A stretch of 64,000 nt of DNA from an uncultured Pseudomonadota bacterium (GCA_963749075.1 CAVVLJ010000016.1:640001-704000); one strand, 5' to 3'. Positions 52,386-62,497 are shown, counted from the first letter of the stretch. Notes: a model not told the origin generated them from the sequence alone. Numbers and translations are program-made.

Positions 52386-52635
52386 GCGATGCGGCATAGG
52401 ACGCGTCCGGCGCCGGATTGCTTCATCCGCGGGTGGCGGACTGCCGATCTTGCGGTCGCGGCGGCGCACTCGACCCTAATGCGACCTTGATCGGACGGCG
52501 CCGATCACGTGTCCGTATTGCCGGCCGAAAAACGTGCGATGGAGGTCGAGGCGGGCGACCGCGATAAGCGGCCGGAAGCAGGCGCACGGCCTTGCGGCGG
52601 ATCAACTCCCTGCACCGTCTCTCGGCACGCGGCGG

Positions 52636-53250
52636 CTAGTCGCCGCGGATCAACTCGGCTCTGCCGTCAGTTCCGACCTTGTAGGTCCGATCTTCCGATC
52701 GCTGCCGTCCGTCCGGTCCCATCAGCCAGTGGACATTGAGGGTCGCCGTTTCTTGGTTCCATTCGATTCCGGGCGAGGCCAACTCGACATTGTCGCGGCA
52801 GCTCGCAATCTTAAGCCGGAGCGTCTCGCGCGCGTTCTGATGGGCTATCGAGATGACGCGCAGGAACTGCTCCTTGCCGGCTTGGCAGAAAGACAAGCCC
52901 CCGGGGATCGAGCGGTAGGTGTCGGAAAGAACGATCGCGGCAGCGGGAACTTCTCCTATGACCCGCAACGCGACGACCGGCGCCGTCTCCGGCACCGTGC
53001 TGTCGCGCTCGAGCAGGGCATGAAGCGCAGCAGGTCCGCTCTCGATGCCTGGGCGGACGATGTCGAGTGTCGTCCGGTTGCCGCGCGTCCCGAGCTGAAG
53101 GATGTCGCCCGACGCGAGCCTCGCCACGAGCGGTTTCGCATCGCCGGTCTCGCCATGCGCCGCCGGTACCCAGATCGCGGCAGCGTACTCGGCGATCGGC
53201 GGCGCGATGACGAGAAGCGCGCAAGCCTCAGCCAAGAACGCGATCCGCAT
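52636..53250 (-). CDS. Exported hypothetical protein, putative immunity protein for the upstream muralytic enzyme
   Basis: ATG 53250 overlaps the upstream stop; N-terminal signal-like MRIAFLAEACALLVIAPP; Cys pair FCQAG..E / IASC. Confidence 0.6.
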   Translation of the reverse strand: MRIAFLAEACALLVIAPPIAEYAAAIWVPAAHGETGDAKPLVARLASGDILQLGTRGNRTTLDIVRPGIESGPAALHALLERDSTVPETAPVVALRVIGEVPAAAIVLSDTYRSIPGGLSFCQAGKEQFLRVISIAHQNARETLRLKIASCRDNVELASPGIEWNQETATLNVHWLMGPDGRQRSEDRTYKVGTDGRAELIRGD

Positions 53251-54055
53251 AGCACACTCCGAAATAATCCCAATGATCGCCCGATGCGGGCGGCGACGAA
53301 TAGCTCGTGCTGTCCCGTGCACGAAGGTCCTGCTCGGTCTTTCCCTTGTTGGCGGCATCCGTCATGTCCCAGCCGATATTCCCGGTCTTGGTATCGCACA
53401 GAATATCCGGATTGCGGACCCATGCCTTGGCCTTCTCGTCCCATGTGTGATAGCTGCCGCCGTTCCATCGCGAAACCGTCTCATATTCGAGCTGAACGTC
53501 CGTGTAGGTTCGCCCTTGCTGGGAAAGGTATTTCACGGCCGCGGCCCGCTTCTGGCCAAAAAGAAGAAGCCCGGCATCGATGTTGAGCTTCCAGTTCCAC
53601 ACCTGCTCATAGGTGGGGGCAGGATTGGTAAGTTGGGCCATGCCGTAGCCGTTGTCGAAAGACCGAACCGGCTCGCCCTGCGCATTGAAGTGGCGCGCTT
53701 TCGTTTCATGCTGGAGAATACTGTCGAACCCGGTACTGTTCGGTTTCGTCTGGAGATAGGTCGTCACTTGCTGCGCGGTCGGATTGGTTCCGGTGATTTT
53801 TCCGGCAAAACTTGCAGTTTCCTTGCCGGCGATCGCCGTCACGGTAAGCGTGCCGCCGAAATTCGCGAGGACGGAAAGCGCATTCCACAGATTGCCCGGC
53901 GTTGTCAGATTGCCGGTCTTGGTATACGTGCGCCAAGCGATGCTCCATTTCCAAATGTGGGCGCCGACGCCGTCCGTCTGAAACGTCAACGCCGGCCAAG
54001 TCGCATCCTGACCGATGACGAGATTCGCGCCGGCGCTTGGCGACATGATTTTCAT
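53228..54055 (-). CDS. Lysozyme-like / lytic transglycosylase-fold protein
   Basis: RBS AAGGAG before ATG 54055; SLT-like motif series ILQHET (catalytic Glu), GYGMAQLT, WNWKLNIDAG, SRWNGG, YADRVL. Confidence 0.65.
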   Translation of the reverse strand: MKIMSPSAGANLVIGQDATWPALTFQTDGVGAHIWKWSIAWRTYTKTGNLTTPGNLWNALSVLANFGGTLTVTAIAGKETASFAGKITGTNPTAQQVTTYLQTKPNSTGFDSILQHETKARHFNAQGEPVRSFDNGYGMAQLTNPAPTYEQVWNWKLNIDAGLLLFGQKRAAAVKYLSQQGRTYTDVQLEYETVSRWNGGSYHTWDEKAKAWVRNPDILCDTKTGNIGWDMTDAANKGKTEQDLRARDSTSYSSPPASGDHWDYFGVCYADRVLG

Positions 54056-54504
54056 GAGGCGCTCCTTCGCAGGATTCGATTGACCCGATATTGCGGGTGG
54101 CCGATCAAAACAGCTCCTTCTGGGGAACAACAAGAACCCGATATCCACCGAGCACCCTCATAAAGGGTACAACAGATTCGCGCATCGCGGCAAACCTACC
54201 TAAAGGTTCGCCCCCTCCACCGCAGAAGCCGTAGTGCAGCACTGAAGAATTTCACATCCGCTCTAGGCTACTGGTCTGACGGCGCTGTTGCAGGGCACAA
54301 ATCTGGCGCACGGCAGGGAGCTTCGCGACCCTCCGGGTCAGGCATTGTCCAATTCGCCAACTGTACCGACCGTGGCGCCATTCCCGGCATCGACGGCGGC
54401 TGGCACCCGCTGGCAGACTCGTCGTCCGATGCCTATTATGTTATCATTCGTCAAAAGCGGGGTGCAGACGGGCGGCGCCGGGGTTCTCTAGCCTGGAGGA
54501 AGCG

Positions 54505-55044
54505 ATGCGGAGTTTTGCGGTGAGAATCGGCGGTTTGGCGGCCTTGCTCGCGCTCGCAAGCGGGCCTGCCTCAGCCATGACGCCGACCGTCCAGGTCCTG
54601 CCGGCGCCCAACAAGCCGCCCGAGGTCTTCCAGCAGGACCAGTACGTCTGCATGCAATATGCCGAGCAGCAATCCGGCGGCACGGCGGCGCAGAACCAGG
54701 CCGCCAACCAGGCCGTGGGGAGCGCCATCGTGGGCACGATCCTCGGCGCCGGGCTGGGTGCGGCGTTCGGCGGCGGCCGCGGTGCCGCCATTGGCGCCGC
54801 CTCCGGCGCCGTGGCGGGGACCACCTACGGCGTCGCCAACGCGCAGGCGGCGCAGTGGTCCATCCAGCAGCGCTACGACGTGTCCTACATGCAGTGCATG
54901 TACGCCAAGGGCAACCAGGTGCCGAACTTCGACCCCAACAACCCGCAACCCCCGCCGCCTCCGGGCAATTCCCCGCCGCCGCCGCCAAGCGGCTCGCCGC
55001 CCCCGCCGCCGAGCGGAGCACCTCCCCCGCCGCCGCCCCAATAG
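54505..55044 (+). CDS. Exported glycine-zipper protein with a proline-rich tail
   Basis: Signal peptide, F..DQ..C..YA, GAGLGAAFGGGRGAAIGAASGA zipper, Y.QCMY.KG, PPPPP-xGS/A repeats; RBS GGAGG. Confidence 0.8.
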   Translation: MRSFAVRIGGLAALLALASGPASAMTPTVQVLPAPNKPPEVFQQDQYVCMQYAEQQSGGTAAQNQAANQAVGSAIVGTILGAGLGAAFGGGRGAAIGAASGAVAGTTYGVANAQAAQWSIQQRYDVSYMQCMYAKGNQVPNFDPNNPQPPPPPGNSPPPPPSGSPPPPPSGAPPPPPPQ

Positions 55045-55181
55045 CGCCAAGGCTCAGCGCCTCGGGCTGGCGCCGCTCGCTTGCAGAGATGCGTCGGCGC
55101 GAGCCCGGGCGCCGCATTCCGTTGCCGCGAGGTAGCTGCTAGGATCGCGCCCGCGAAGGGCACCCGAGGAGAAGACGGCTC

Positions 55182-56447
55182 ATGTCGACCACGTCGGAAC
55201 GGCTGGATGCGGCCTCCCCATTGCCGGGAGCGCCGGCCGCGCGCGGCACGCTGAGCGCCGCGCGCGAGGAGCCGCGCGTTCCGCCTCGGCTGCGGCGTTA
55301 CCTCTCGCTCGAGGATTTCGAGCGCGCGGCGCGCCGCCGCTTGCCGCGCATGCTCTACGGTTTCGTCTCGGGCGGCGTCGAGAGCGATGCGGCCTTGCGC
55401 GACAACCGCCGCAGCTTCGCGGAATACGCCTTCGTCCCGCGGGTGCTCGTCGACGTCTCCGCCCGCAGCGCCGCCAAGAGCCTCTTCGGCCGCGGCTATG
55501 CCGCACCCTTCGGCATAGCCCCCATGGGCTCGAGCGCGCTCATGGCCTACCGCGGCGATTGCGCGCTCGCGCGCGCCGCCGCCTTAGCCAACATCCCGAT
55601 GATCGTGAGCGGCGCCTCGCTGATAGCACTCGAGGAGATCAGGCGCCAGGGACCGACCGCCTGGTTCCAGGCCTATCTGCCGGGCGAGCCGTCGCGCATC
55701 GAGGCGCTGGTCGAGCGGGTAGCTGTGGCCGGCTACGACACCTTCGTGCTCACCGCCGACGTGCCGGTCTCCGCCAACCGCGAGAACAACCTGCGCAACG
55801 GCTTCAGCATCCCGCTGCAGCCGAGCCTGCAGCTCGTGGGGGACGGCCTCGCCCATGCCTCCTGGCTGCTCGGCACGGCGCTCCGCACGCTCTTCAGCCA
55901 CGGCATGCCGCATCTCGAGAACATGGACGCGCGGCGCGGGCCGCCGATCCTCTCCCGCGATCTCGTGCGCGACATCGGCCCGCGCGACCGCCTCGGCTGG
56001 GAGCATCTCAAGCTCATCCGGCGCCTCTGGAAAGGGAAGCTCGTGCTCAAGGGCGTGCTCGCCAAGGAGGACGCCCGCCTGGCGCGCGAGTGCGGCGCCG
56101 ACGGCATCATCGTCTCCAATCACGGCGGCCGCCAGCTCGATGGCGCCACAGCGCCCTTGCGTGTGCTGCCCGAGATCGCGGCCGCGGCGGGCGGCATGGC
56201 GGTGATGCTCGACAGCGGCGTGCGGCGCGGCACCGACGTGCTCAAGGCATTGGCGCTCGGCGCCGATTTCGTCTTCGTCGGGCGCCCCTTCCTCTGTGCC
56301 GCCGCGGTCGGCGGCGAGGAGGCGGTAGGACACGCGATCCATCTGCTCGCGAGCGAGGTGGAGCGCGACATGGCGCTCCTCGGCGTGAGCTCGCTTGCCG
56401 AGCTCGGCCGCGAGCTCGTCATGCGCATCCCTGCCGATCGCGCTTGA
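55182..56447 (+). CDS. FMN-dependent alpha-hydroxy acid dehydrogenase/oxidase (LldD-like)
   Basis: PRVLVDVS, APMG, WFQAY, LKGV, VSNHGGRQLDG, DSGVRRGTDVLKALALGA. Confidence 0.92.
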   Translation: MSTTSERLDAASPLPGAPAARGTLSAAREEPRVPPRLRRYLSLEDFERAARRRLPRMLYGFVSGGVESDAALRDNRRSFAEYAFVPRVLVDVSARSAAKSLFGRGYAAPFGIAPMGSSALMAYRGDCALARAAALANIPMIVSGASLIALEEIRRQGPTAWFQAYLPGEPSRIEALVERVAVAGYDTFVLTADVPVSANRENNLRNGFSIPLQPSLQLVGDGLAHASWLLGTALRTLFSHGMPHLENMDARRGPPILSRDLVRDIGPRDRLGWEHLKLIRRLWKGKLVLKGVLAKEDARLARECGADGIIVSNHGGRQLDGATAPLRVLPEIAAAAGGMAVMLDSGVRRGTDVLKALALGADFVFVGRPFLCAAAVGGEEAVGHAIHLLASEVERDMALLGVSSLAELGRELVMRIPADRA

Positions 56448-56458
56448 GGCGCCGCTCC

Positions 56459-57511
56459 GTGGGCAAGCGAATCGCCATCGTGGGTGCCGGCGCCGTTGGC
56501 GGCTACGTGGGTGCCCATCTCGCGCGCACGGGTGCCAACGTCCTCCTCATCGATCCCTGGCCGGAGCACGTCGAGACGATGCGGCGCCGGGGCCTCTCGG
56601 TCGAGGGCATGACCCAGGGTGAGAATTTCACCGTGCCCGTGCGCGCGCTGCACCTGACCGAGGTGCAGTCCCTCACCCGGGAGAAGGCGGTCGACATCGC
56701 CATCGTCAGCGTGAAATCCTACGATACGGAATGGGCCGCCGCGTTCATCCGTCCCTATCTGGCGCCCGACGGCTTCGTCGTCTCGATGCAGAACAGCATC
56801 AACGAGGAGTGCATCGCCGGCATCGTCGGCTGGGGCCGCACGGTGGGCTGCATCGTCAGCATGCTCGGCGCCGAGCTCGTCGAGCCGGCTCGTGTGGTGC
56901 GCGCCTCGCCGCGCGGCGACGACGGCCACGTGGGCTTGCGCGCCGGCGAGCCGCACGGCCGCATCACGCCGCGCCTCGAGGAGCTCGTGCGTCTCATCGA
57001 GTGCGCCGATTCGGCCAAGGCCACCACGAACCTCTGGGGCGAGCGCTGGTCGAAGCTCGTCATCAACTCGATGCGCAACGGCGTGTCGGCCATGACCGGC
57101 ATGAGCGGCCAGGAGCGCGACCTCGACGGCGAGGTGAGGAATCTCACCATCCGCCTCGGCGGCCAATGCATCCGCGTCGGCCAGGCGCTCGGCTACCGGC
57201 TCGAGCCGACCGGCGGTATCGATCTCGACCTGCTGGCCGCCGCAACCGACGGCGACGCCAAGGCCTATGAGACGCTCTCGCAACAGATCGTGCGGGTGGC
57301 GCGGAGCCGCAGCGAGCGCCAGCGCCCCTCCATGGGCCAGGACGTGCAGAAGGGCCGGCGCAGCGAGACCGACTTCATCAACGGCCTCGTCGCGCGCAAG
57401 GGCGTGGAGGCGGGCATCGACGCCTCGCTCCATGCGCGCGTCGACGCCATCATGCGCCAGATCGACGCCGGCAAGCTCAAGCCGGGACGGGAGCTGGCGC
57501 GGGGGCTGTAG
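56459..57511 (+). CDS. Ketopantoate reductase family oxidoreductase
   Basis: IAIVGAGAVGG, VKSYDT, SMQNS, WSKL..N, PSM.QD..KGRRSE.DFING; GTG start 56459. Confidence 0.88.
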   Translation: MGKRIAIVGAGAVGGYVGAHLARTGANVLLIDPWPEHVETMRRRGLSVEGMTQGENFTVPVRALHLTEVQSLTREKAVDIAIVSVKSYDTEWAAAFIRPYLAPDGFVVSMQNSINEECIAGIVGWGRTVGCIVSMLGAELVEPARVVRASPRGDDGHVGLRAGEPHGRITPRLEELVRLIECADSAKATTNLWGERWSKLVINSMRNGVSAMTGMSGQERDLDGEVRNLTIRLGGQCIRVGQALGYRLEPTGGIDLDLLAAATDGDAKAYETLSQQIVRVARSRSERQRPSMGQDVQKGRRSETDFINGLVARKGVEAGIDASLHARVDAIMRQIDAGKLKPGRELARGL

Positions 57512-57516
57512 AGCGG

Positions 57517-58467
57517 CTACTCGTTCGTGAGCTTCTGCGCGCGTGCCACGAGGGTGAGGCACTCGAGCATTACCGTGCCGGCGAGGAAGGCGGTCATGCC
57601 GCCCACGTCGTGGGGCGGGCTCACGGTATTCACGTCGGCGGCCACGATGTCGAGCCCAGCCAGGCCCTGCAGGAGCGAGAGGCCCTCGCGCGCGCTGGCG
57701 CCGCCCCAGGTCGGCGTGCAGACGCCGGGTGCGCAGGATGGATCGAAGAAATCCATGTCGAAGCAGAGATAGACCGGCCGGCCGCCGAGGCGCTCGTGCA
57801 AGTGCGCAAGGGTGGCGGGGATGCCGCGCTGGAAGAGCTCGCTGCCGTCGATGAGCTCGTAGCCGAACTTTCGCGTATGCTCGAAGACGTGCTGCACCGC
57901 GAGCGGCCCGCGCGCCCCGATGTGGAGCGAGTTGCGCGCGTCGACGATGCCTTCCTCGGCGGCGCGCGTGAAGGTGGTGGCGGGGTTGTACTTGTCGAGG
58001 CCCTCGCCCTCGCCGGGATAGGTGTCCGTATGCGCGTCGATGTGGAGGAGCGCTATGTCCGGATATTTGCGGTGGAGCGCGCGCAGCTGGGGGAGGGAGA
58101 TGGAGCCGTCGCCGCCCATGGTGACCGGCACGGCGCCCGCCGCGACGATGCGCGAGACCGCCGCCTCGATGCGCGCGTGCGCCTCTAGGATGAGCGACGG
58201 CGTCACGTTCACGTCGCCGCAATCGACCACGCCCAGCCGCTCGAGCGGGTTGAAGTCCGCGGCGGGCGGCTGGTAGGGGCGCACGAGCGCCGATTGCTCG
58301 CGGATGGCGCTTGGCCCGAGGCGTGCGCCGATGCGCGTCGGATGGATGCCGCAATCGAAGGGCACGCCGAGAATGACGGCCTTGGCACCCGCGAGCTCGT
58401 AGCCGTGCGGCACCCCCATGAAGCTGCGGGTCGGGCGGAAAAGCTCTGGGTCGAAAATGCCGGCCAT
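57517..58467 (-). CDS. Agmatinase / ureohydrolase (arginase family)
   Basis: GARLGP.AIR, GGD.S, HIDAHTD, FDMDFFDP..APG..TP. Confidence 0.9.
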   Translation of the reverse strand: MAGIFDPELFRPTRSFMGVPHGYELAGAKAVILGVPFDCGIHPTRIGARLGPSAIREQSALVRPYQPPAADFNPLERLGVVDCGDVNVTPSLILEAHARIEAAVSRIVAAGAVPVTMGGDGSISLPQLRALHRKYPDIALLHIDAHTDTYPGEGEGLDKYNPATTFTRAAEEGIVDARNSLHIGARGPLAVQHVFEHTRKFGYELIDGSELFQRGIPATLAHLHERLGGRPVYLCFDMDFFDPSCAPGVCTPTWGGASAREGLSLLQGLAGLDIVAADVNTVSPPHDVGGMTAFLAGTVMLECLTLVARAQKLTNE

Positions 58468-58621
58468 GGTCCGCGGTCCTCTCGTTGCAATGCGCCGGCC
58501 CGGAGTGTGCCGGAGGGCCGCGGGCGAGCGCCAGAGCTATGGAGCCCAGGGCTGCAAGAGAGGCTGCGACAGAGGCCCTCGCCAAGCGCGCTCCGATTTG
58601 CTAAACCCTCGTAATGCTTAC

Positions 58622-58631
58622 TGGTATACAA
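58622..58631. promoter_or_regulatory. Possible GntR-family operator upstream of fhs
   Basis: Near-palindrome TGGTATACAA in an AT-rich divergent intergenic region. Confidence 0.3.
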
Positions 58632-58685
58632 CACACAAGGCGCTAATCACCACCCGAAATTGTAGAATAGCGAGAGGAGACGCGA

Positions 58686-60365
58686 ATGGCCGAGGTCAAG
58701 AGCGACATCGAGATCGCGCGCGAGGCGCGCCTGCAGCCCATCGAGGCGATCGGCGCCAAGCTCGGCATTCCGGCCAACGCCCTCTTCCGCTTCGGCCATT
58801 ACAAGGCGAAGGTCAGCCTCGACCATGTGGCCAGCCTCAAGGACCGCCCCGACGGCAGGCTCGTGCTGGTCACCGCGATCACGCCGACGCCCGCGGGCGA
58901 GGGCAAGACGACGACGACGGTCGGCCTCGGCGACGCGCTCAACCGCATCGGCAAGGGCGCCGCGATCTGCCTGCGCGAGCCGAGCCTGGGGCCCTGTTTC
59001 GGCGTCAAGGGCGGGGCTGCCGGCGGCGGCTATGCCCAGGTGGTGCCCATGGAGGACATCAACCTGCATTTCACCGGCGATTTCCACGCCATCACGTCTG
59101 CCAACAACCTCCTCGCCGCCATGGTCGACAACCACGTCTATTGGGGCAATCCCCTCAACATCGACGTGCGCCGCATCAGCTGGCGCCGCGTGATCGACAT
59201 GAACGACCGGGCGCTGCGCGCAATCGTCTCCTCGCTCGGCGGTGCGGCCAACGGCTTTCCCCGCGAGGACGGCTTCGACATCACGGTCGCCTCCGAGGTG
59301 ATGGCGATCTTCTGCCTCTCCAAGGACATGAACGACCTCATGCATCGCCTCGGCAACATCGTCGTGGGCCAGACGCGTGAGCGGAAGCCCGTGCGCGCGC
59401 GCGAGCTCAAGGCCGACGGCTCGATGGCCGTGCTCCTCAAGGACGCGCTGGCGCCCAACCTGGTGCAGACCCTCGAGGGCAATCCCGCCTTCGTCCACGG
59501 CGGCCCCTTCGCCAACATAGCACACGGCTGCAACTCGGTGATGGCGACCACGACCGCGCTCAAGCTCGCCGACTACGTGGTGACCGAGGCGGGTTTCGGC
59601 GCCGACCTGGGCGCCGAGAAGTTCTTCGACATCAAGTGCCGCAAGGCGGGGCTCAAGCCCGAGGCGGTGGTCATCGTGGCGACCGTGCGGGCGCTCAAGA
59701 TGCACGGCGGCGTGGCGCGCGAGGAGCTCGGCAAGGAGAATCTCGCGGCACTCGACAAGGGCTTCGCCAACTTGAAGCGCCATCTCGAGAACCTCGGCCG
59801 CTTCGGCGTGCCGGCGGTGGTGGCGATCAACCGCTTCAACTCCGACACCGCGGCCGAGCACGAGCTCATCCGCAAGAAGTGCGGCGAGATCGGCACAGAG
59901 GCCGTCCTCTGCACCCATTGGGCCGAGGGGAGCAAGGGCACCGAGGCGCTCGCGCGCACCGTGGTCAAGCTCGTCGAGAGCAAGGCGGCGCAGTTCAAGT
60001 ACCTCTATCCCGACGACATGCCGCTTCTGGAGAAGGTGCGCACCATCGCGAAGACGCTCTACGGCGCCGCGGACATCGCGGCCGAGCAGCGCGTGCGCGA
60101 CCAGCTCAAGGACTACGAGAAGAGCGGCTACGGCCACTTCCCCGTGTGCATGGCCAAAACCCAGTACAGCTTCTCGACCGATCCCAATTTGAAGGGCGCT
60201 CCCTCGGGACACGTGCTCGCCGTGCGCGAGGTGCGCCTTGCCGGCGGCGCCGAGTTCGTCGTCGCCATCTGCGGCGAGATCATGACCATGCCCGGCCTGC
60301 CCCGCGAGCCCGCCGCGCACCGCATCCGCATCAACGAGCAAGGCCTGGTCGAGGGGCTGTTCTGA
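58686..60365 (+). CDS. fhs: Formate--tetrahydrofolate ligase
   Basis: [67 protein letters not shown]. Confidence 0.97.
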   Translation: MAEVKSDIEIAREARLQPIEAIGAKLGIPANALFRFGHYKAKVSLDHVASLKDRPDGRLVLVTAITPTPAGEGKTTTTVGLGDALNRIGKGAAICLREPSLGPCFGVKGGAAGGGYAQVVPMEDINLHFTGDFHAITSANNLLAAMVDNHVYWGNPLNIDVRRISWRRVIDMNDRALRAIVSSLGGAANGFPREDGFDITVASEVMAIFCLSKDMNDLMHRLGNIVVGQTRERKPVRARELKADGSMAVLLKDALAPNLVQTLEGNPAFVHGGPFANIAHGCNSVMATTTALKLADYVVTEAGFGADLGAEKFFDIKCRKAGLKPEAVVIVATVRALKMHGGVAREELGKENLAALDKGFANLKRHLENLGRFGVPAVVAINRFNSDTAAEHELIRKKCGEIGTEAVLCTHWAEGSKGTEALARTVVKLVESKAAQFKYLYPDDMPLLEKVRTIAKTLYGAADIAAEQRVRDQLKDYEKSGYGHFPVCMAKTQYSFSTDPNLKGAPSGHVLAVREVRLAGGAEFVVAICGEIMTMPGLPREPAAHRIRINEQGLVEGLF

Positions 60366-60385
60366 TTCTGAGGCGAGCGCCGATC

Positions 60386-60870
60386 ACTCCCTCTCCTCCT
60401 TCAGGAGGAGAGGGTCGGGGTGAGGAGGCCTTCGAAGAACTCACCATGCCCGATCGCCAAACAAAGCAACGCCGCGCACCAGGCTCGAACGCCCGCGCCC
60501 GCGAGCTCCGCCGCGAGCAAACCAAAGCCGAGCAAAAACTCTGGCGCCTCCTCCGAGATCGCCAGCTCGAAGGGGCGAAATTCCGCCGCCAAATGCCGAT
60601 TGGACCCTATATCACCGACTTCGCCTGTCCGATCGCCCGTCTCGTCATCGAGCTCGATGGGGGTCAGCATGCCGATCAGCAGGCGCATGACGAGGCACGC
60701 ACGCGCATACTCGTCACGCAAGGCTATCGCGTGCTTCGCTTCTGGAACAACGAGGTGATGGAGAACCTCGAGGGCGTGGCGGAGGCGATACGGGCTGCGC
60801 TCCGGGCGTAACGGCTTGGCTTCGACACCTCCTCACCCCGACCCTCTCCTCCTAAAGGAGGAGAGGGAGT
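60386..60870. mobile_element. Putative REP-flanked DUF559 element (43-bp terminal inverted repeats around an endonuclease gene)
   Basis: Left ACTCCCTCTCCTCCTTCAGGAGGAGAGGGTCGGGGTGAGGAGG (60386-60428); the right arm (60828-60870) is its reverse complement with one loop mismatch. Confidence 0.65.
60446..60811 (+). CDS. DUF559 endonuclease (Vsr-like PD-(D/E)xK)
   Basis: ARELRR.QT.AE..LW..LR, KFRRQ.PIGPYI.DF.C, LVIELDGGQH, D..R...L...GYRVLRFWN. Confidence 0.92.
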   Translation: MPDRQTKQRRAPGSNARARELRREQTKAEQKLWRLLRDRQLEGAKFRRQMPIGPYITDFACPIARLVIELDGGQHADQQAHDEARTRILVTQGYRVLRFWNNEVMENLEGVAEAIRAALRA

Positions 60871-61991
60871 CATGCGAACTCGCGGCGGATCGCCGCGCTG
60901 TGCTCGCCCAAGGCGGGGACCTTGCCGAGGGGCTCGGCGGGCTCGTCCGGGTGGCGCACGGGAGGGGCGATGAGCTCGATGGCGCCGGCCTCGCTCGCGA
61001 CCGTGGTGCGGCGGAGCTGGGGATGGCGGCTCGCGGCGGCGACGCCGTTGAGCGTGCCGAAGGCGATGCCGAAGCGCCTGAGCTTGGCGATGAGAGCCTC
61101 GCGCTCGAGCGAGGTGAAGGTGCGGGCGATCACGGCGTCGAGTGCGGCGCGGTTGGCGAAGCGGTCGGGGGGGCCGGCGAAACGCGGGTCGTCGGCGAGT
61201 GCAGGATCCTCGAGCACGCCCGAGCAAAGTGCCCGCCACTCGCGCTCGTTCTGGATCGAGATGACGACGGGCTCGCCCCGCGTCGGGTAGGCGCCGTAGG
61301 GTGCGATCGAGTGGTGGCTGATGCCGACGCGCGGCACCACCACGCCGCTGTGGATGTACTGGAGGAGGAGGGGCGACATCCAGTCGGCGACGGTGTCGAA
61401 GAGCGAGACCTGCACCCCGCTGCCGCGCCCGCTCCGCGTGCGCGCATGGAGCGCCTCGAGGAGTGCCGAATAGGCGGTGAGGCCGGTCGAGATGTCGCAG
61501 ATCGAGACGCCGACGCGGCCCGGCGCCTCGGGCGTGCCCGTCACCGCGGCGAGGCCGCTTTCGGCCTGCACCAGGAGGTCGTAGGCCTTCATCTCGCGGT
61601 AGGGCCCCTCCTCGCCGTAGCCCGAGATGTCGCAGGTGACGAGACGCGGGTACGCCGCGCGCAAGTTCGCCGAGCCGAAGCCCGCGCGCTCGGCGGCACC
61701 GGGGGCGAGGTTCTGGATGAAGACGTCGGCTCTGGCGAGGATGCGGCCGAGGAGGCGGGCGTCCTCCGCCTCCTTGATGTCGAGCTGAAGCGACTCCTTG
61801 CCGCGGTTGAGCCAGACGAAATACGAGCAAAGCCCGTTGACATAGTCGTCGTAGCGCCGCGCGAAGTCGCCCTCGGGCCGCTCGATCTTGATGACGCGCG
61901 CGCCGGCGTCGGCGAACTTGACGCTGCAGAAGGGTGCGGCGACCGCCTGCTCGAGGGAGACGACGAGGAGGCCTGACAGCGGCTTCGTCAC
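60870..61991 (-). CDS. CaiB/BaiF family CoA-transferase
   Basis: LEQAVAAP, GARVIKIERPEGD, NRGKES, ADVFIQN, ISGYG, P.LGEH; GTG start 61991. Confidence 0.92.
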   Translation of the reverse strand: MTKPLSGLLVVSLEQAVAAPFCSVKFADAGARVIKIERPEGDFARRYDDYVNGLCSYFVWLNRGKESLQLDIKEAEDARLLGRILARADVFIQNLAPGAAERAGFGSANLRAAYPRLVTCDISGYGEEGPYREMKAYDLLVQAESGLAAVTGTPEAPGRVGVSICDISTGLTAYSALLEALHARTRSGRGSGVQVSLFDTVADWMSPLLLQYIHSGVVVPRVGISHHSIAPYGAYPTRGEPVVISIQNEREWRALCSGVLEDPALADDPRFAGPPDRFANRAALDAVIARTFTSLEREALIAKLRRFGIAFGTLNGVAAASRHPQLRRTTVASEAGAIELIAPPVRHPDEPAEPLGKVPALGEHSAAIRREFA

Positions 61992-62001
61992 GGCGGCGGC
62001 C

Positions 62002-62478
62002 TCAATAGCGGTTGCCGCGCTTGTCGGTCCACACGTCGCCCTCGGCCGCCGCGCGCACGTGAAGGTCGACGTCCGGATAGCTGCATTCGTCCTCCATGCT
62101 GCGGCTGCCGATGGCGAGGAAGCGCGCCGTGCGCGCACTGCGGTTGACGAGATGATGCCCATCCGCCTTGCCGGCGGGGAAACCCGCGGCGAGGCCCGGA
62201 GTGAGCGTCTGCTCGCCGGCCTCGGTCACCAGCACGAGCTCGCCCTCGAGCATATAGACGAGCTCGTCCTCGCGGCTGTGCCAGTGCCGCTGGGAGGACC
62301 AGGCGCCGGGCGGCACTTCGACGAGATTGACGCCGAACTGGGTGAGCCCCACGGCCTCGCCGAGGCGGCGCCAGCGGCGCGCGGCGACGGGCGCCTTGAA
62401 TGGCTCGGGATAGCCCGAGCCCGCTTGCTCGGGAAGCGCTCTCGGGTCGAACGCGGGCAGCGTCACGCGCGCGGGCAT
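62002..62478 (-). CDS. Cupin domain protein
   Basis: GSGYP.PF, GLTQFGVN, SSQRHWH..EDE..Y.LEGE, GHHLVN, YPD.DL. Confidence 0.88.
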   Translation of the reverse strand: MPARVTLPAFDPRALPEQAGSGYPEPFKAPVAARRWRRLGEAVGLTQFGVNLVEVPPGAWSSQRHWHSREDELVYMLEGELVLVTEAGEQTLTPGLAAGFPAGKADGHHLVNRSARTARFLAIGSRSMEDECSYPDVDLHVRAAAEGDVWTDKRGNRY

Positions 62479-62497
62479 GGTGAAGCCTCCGTGGCGG

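Noticed and set aside
54401-54416. Sigma54 promoter (TGGCAC...) upstream of the glycine-zipper gene
   Set aside because: The GG-N10-GC spacing is not met.
58470-58685. ZTP or THF riboswitch upstream of fhs
   Set aside because: I could not find the conserved aptamer motifs by eye; an Rfam/Infernal scan would be decisive.
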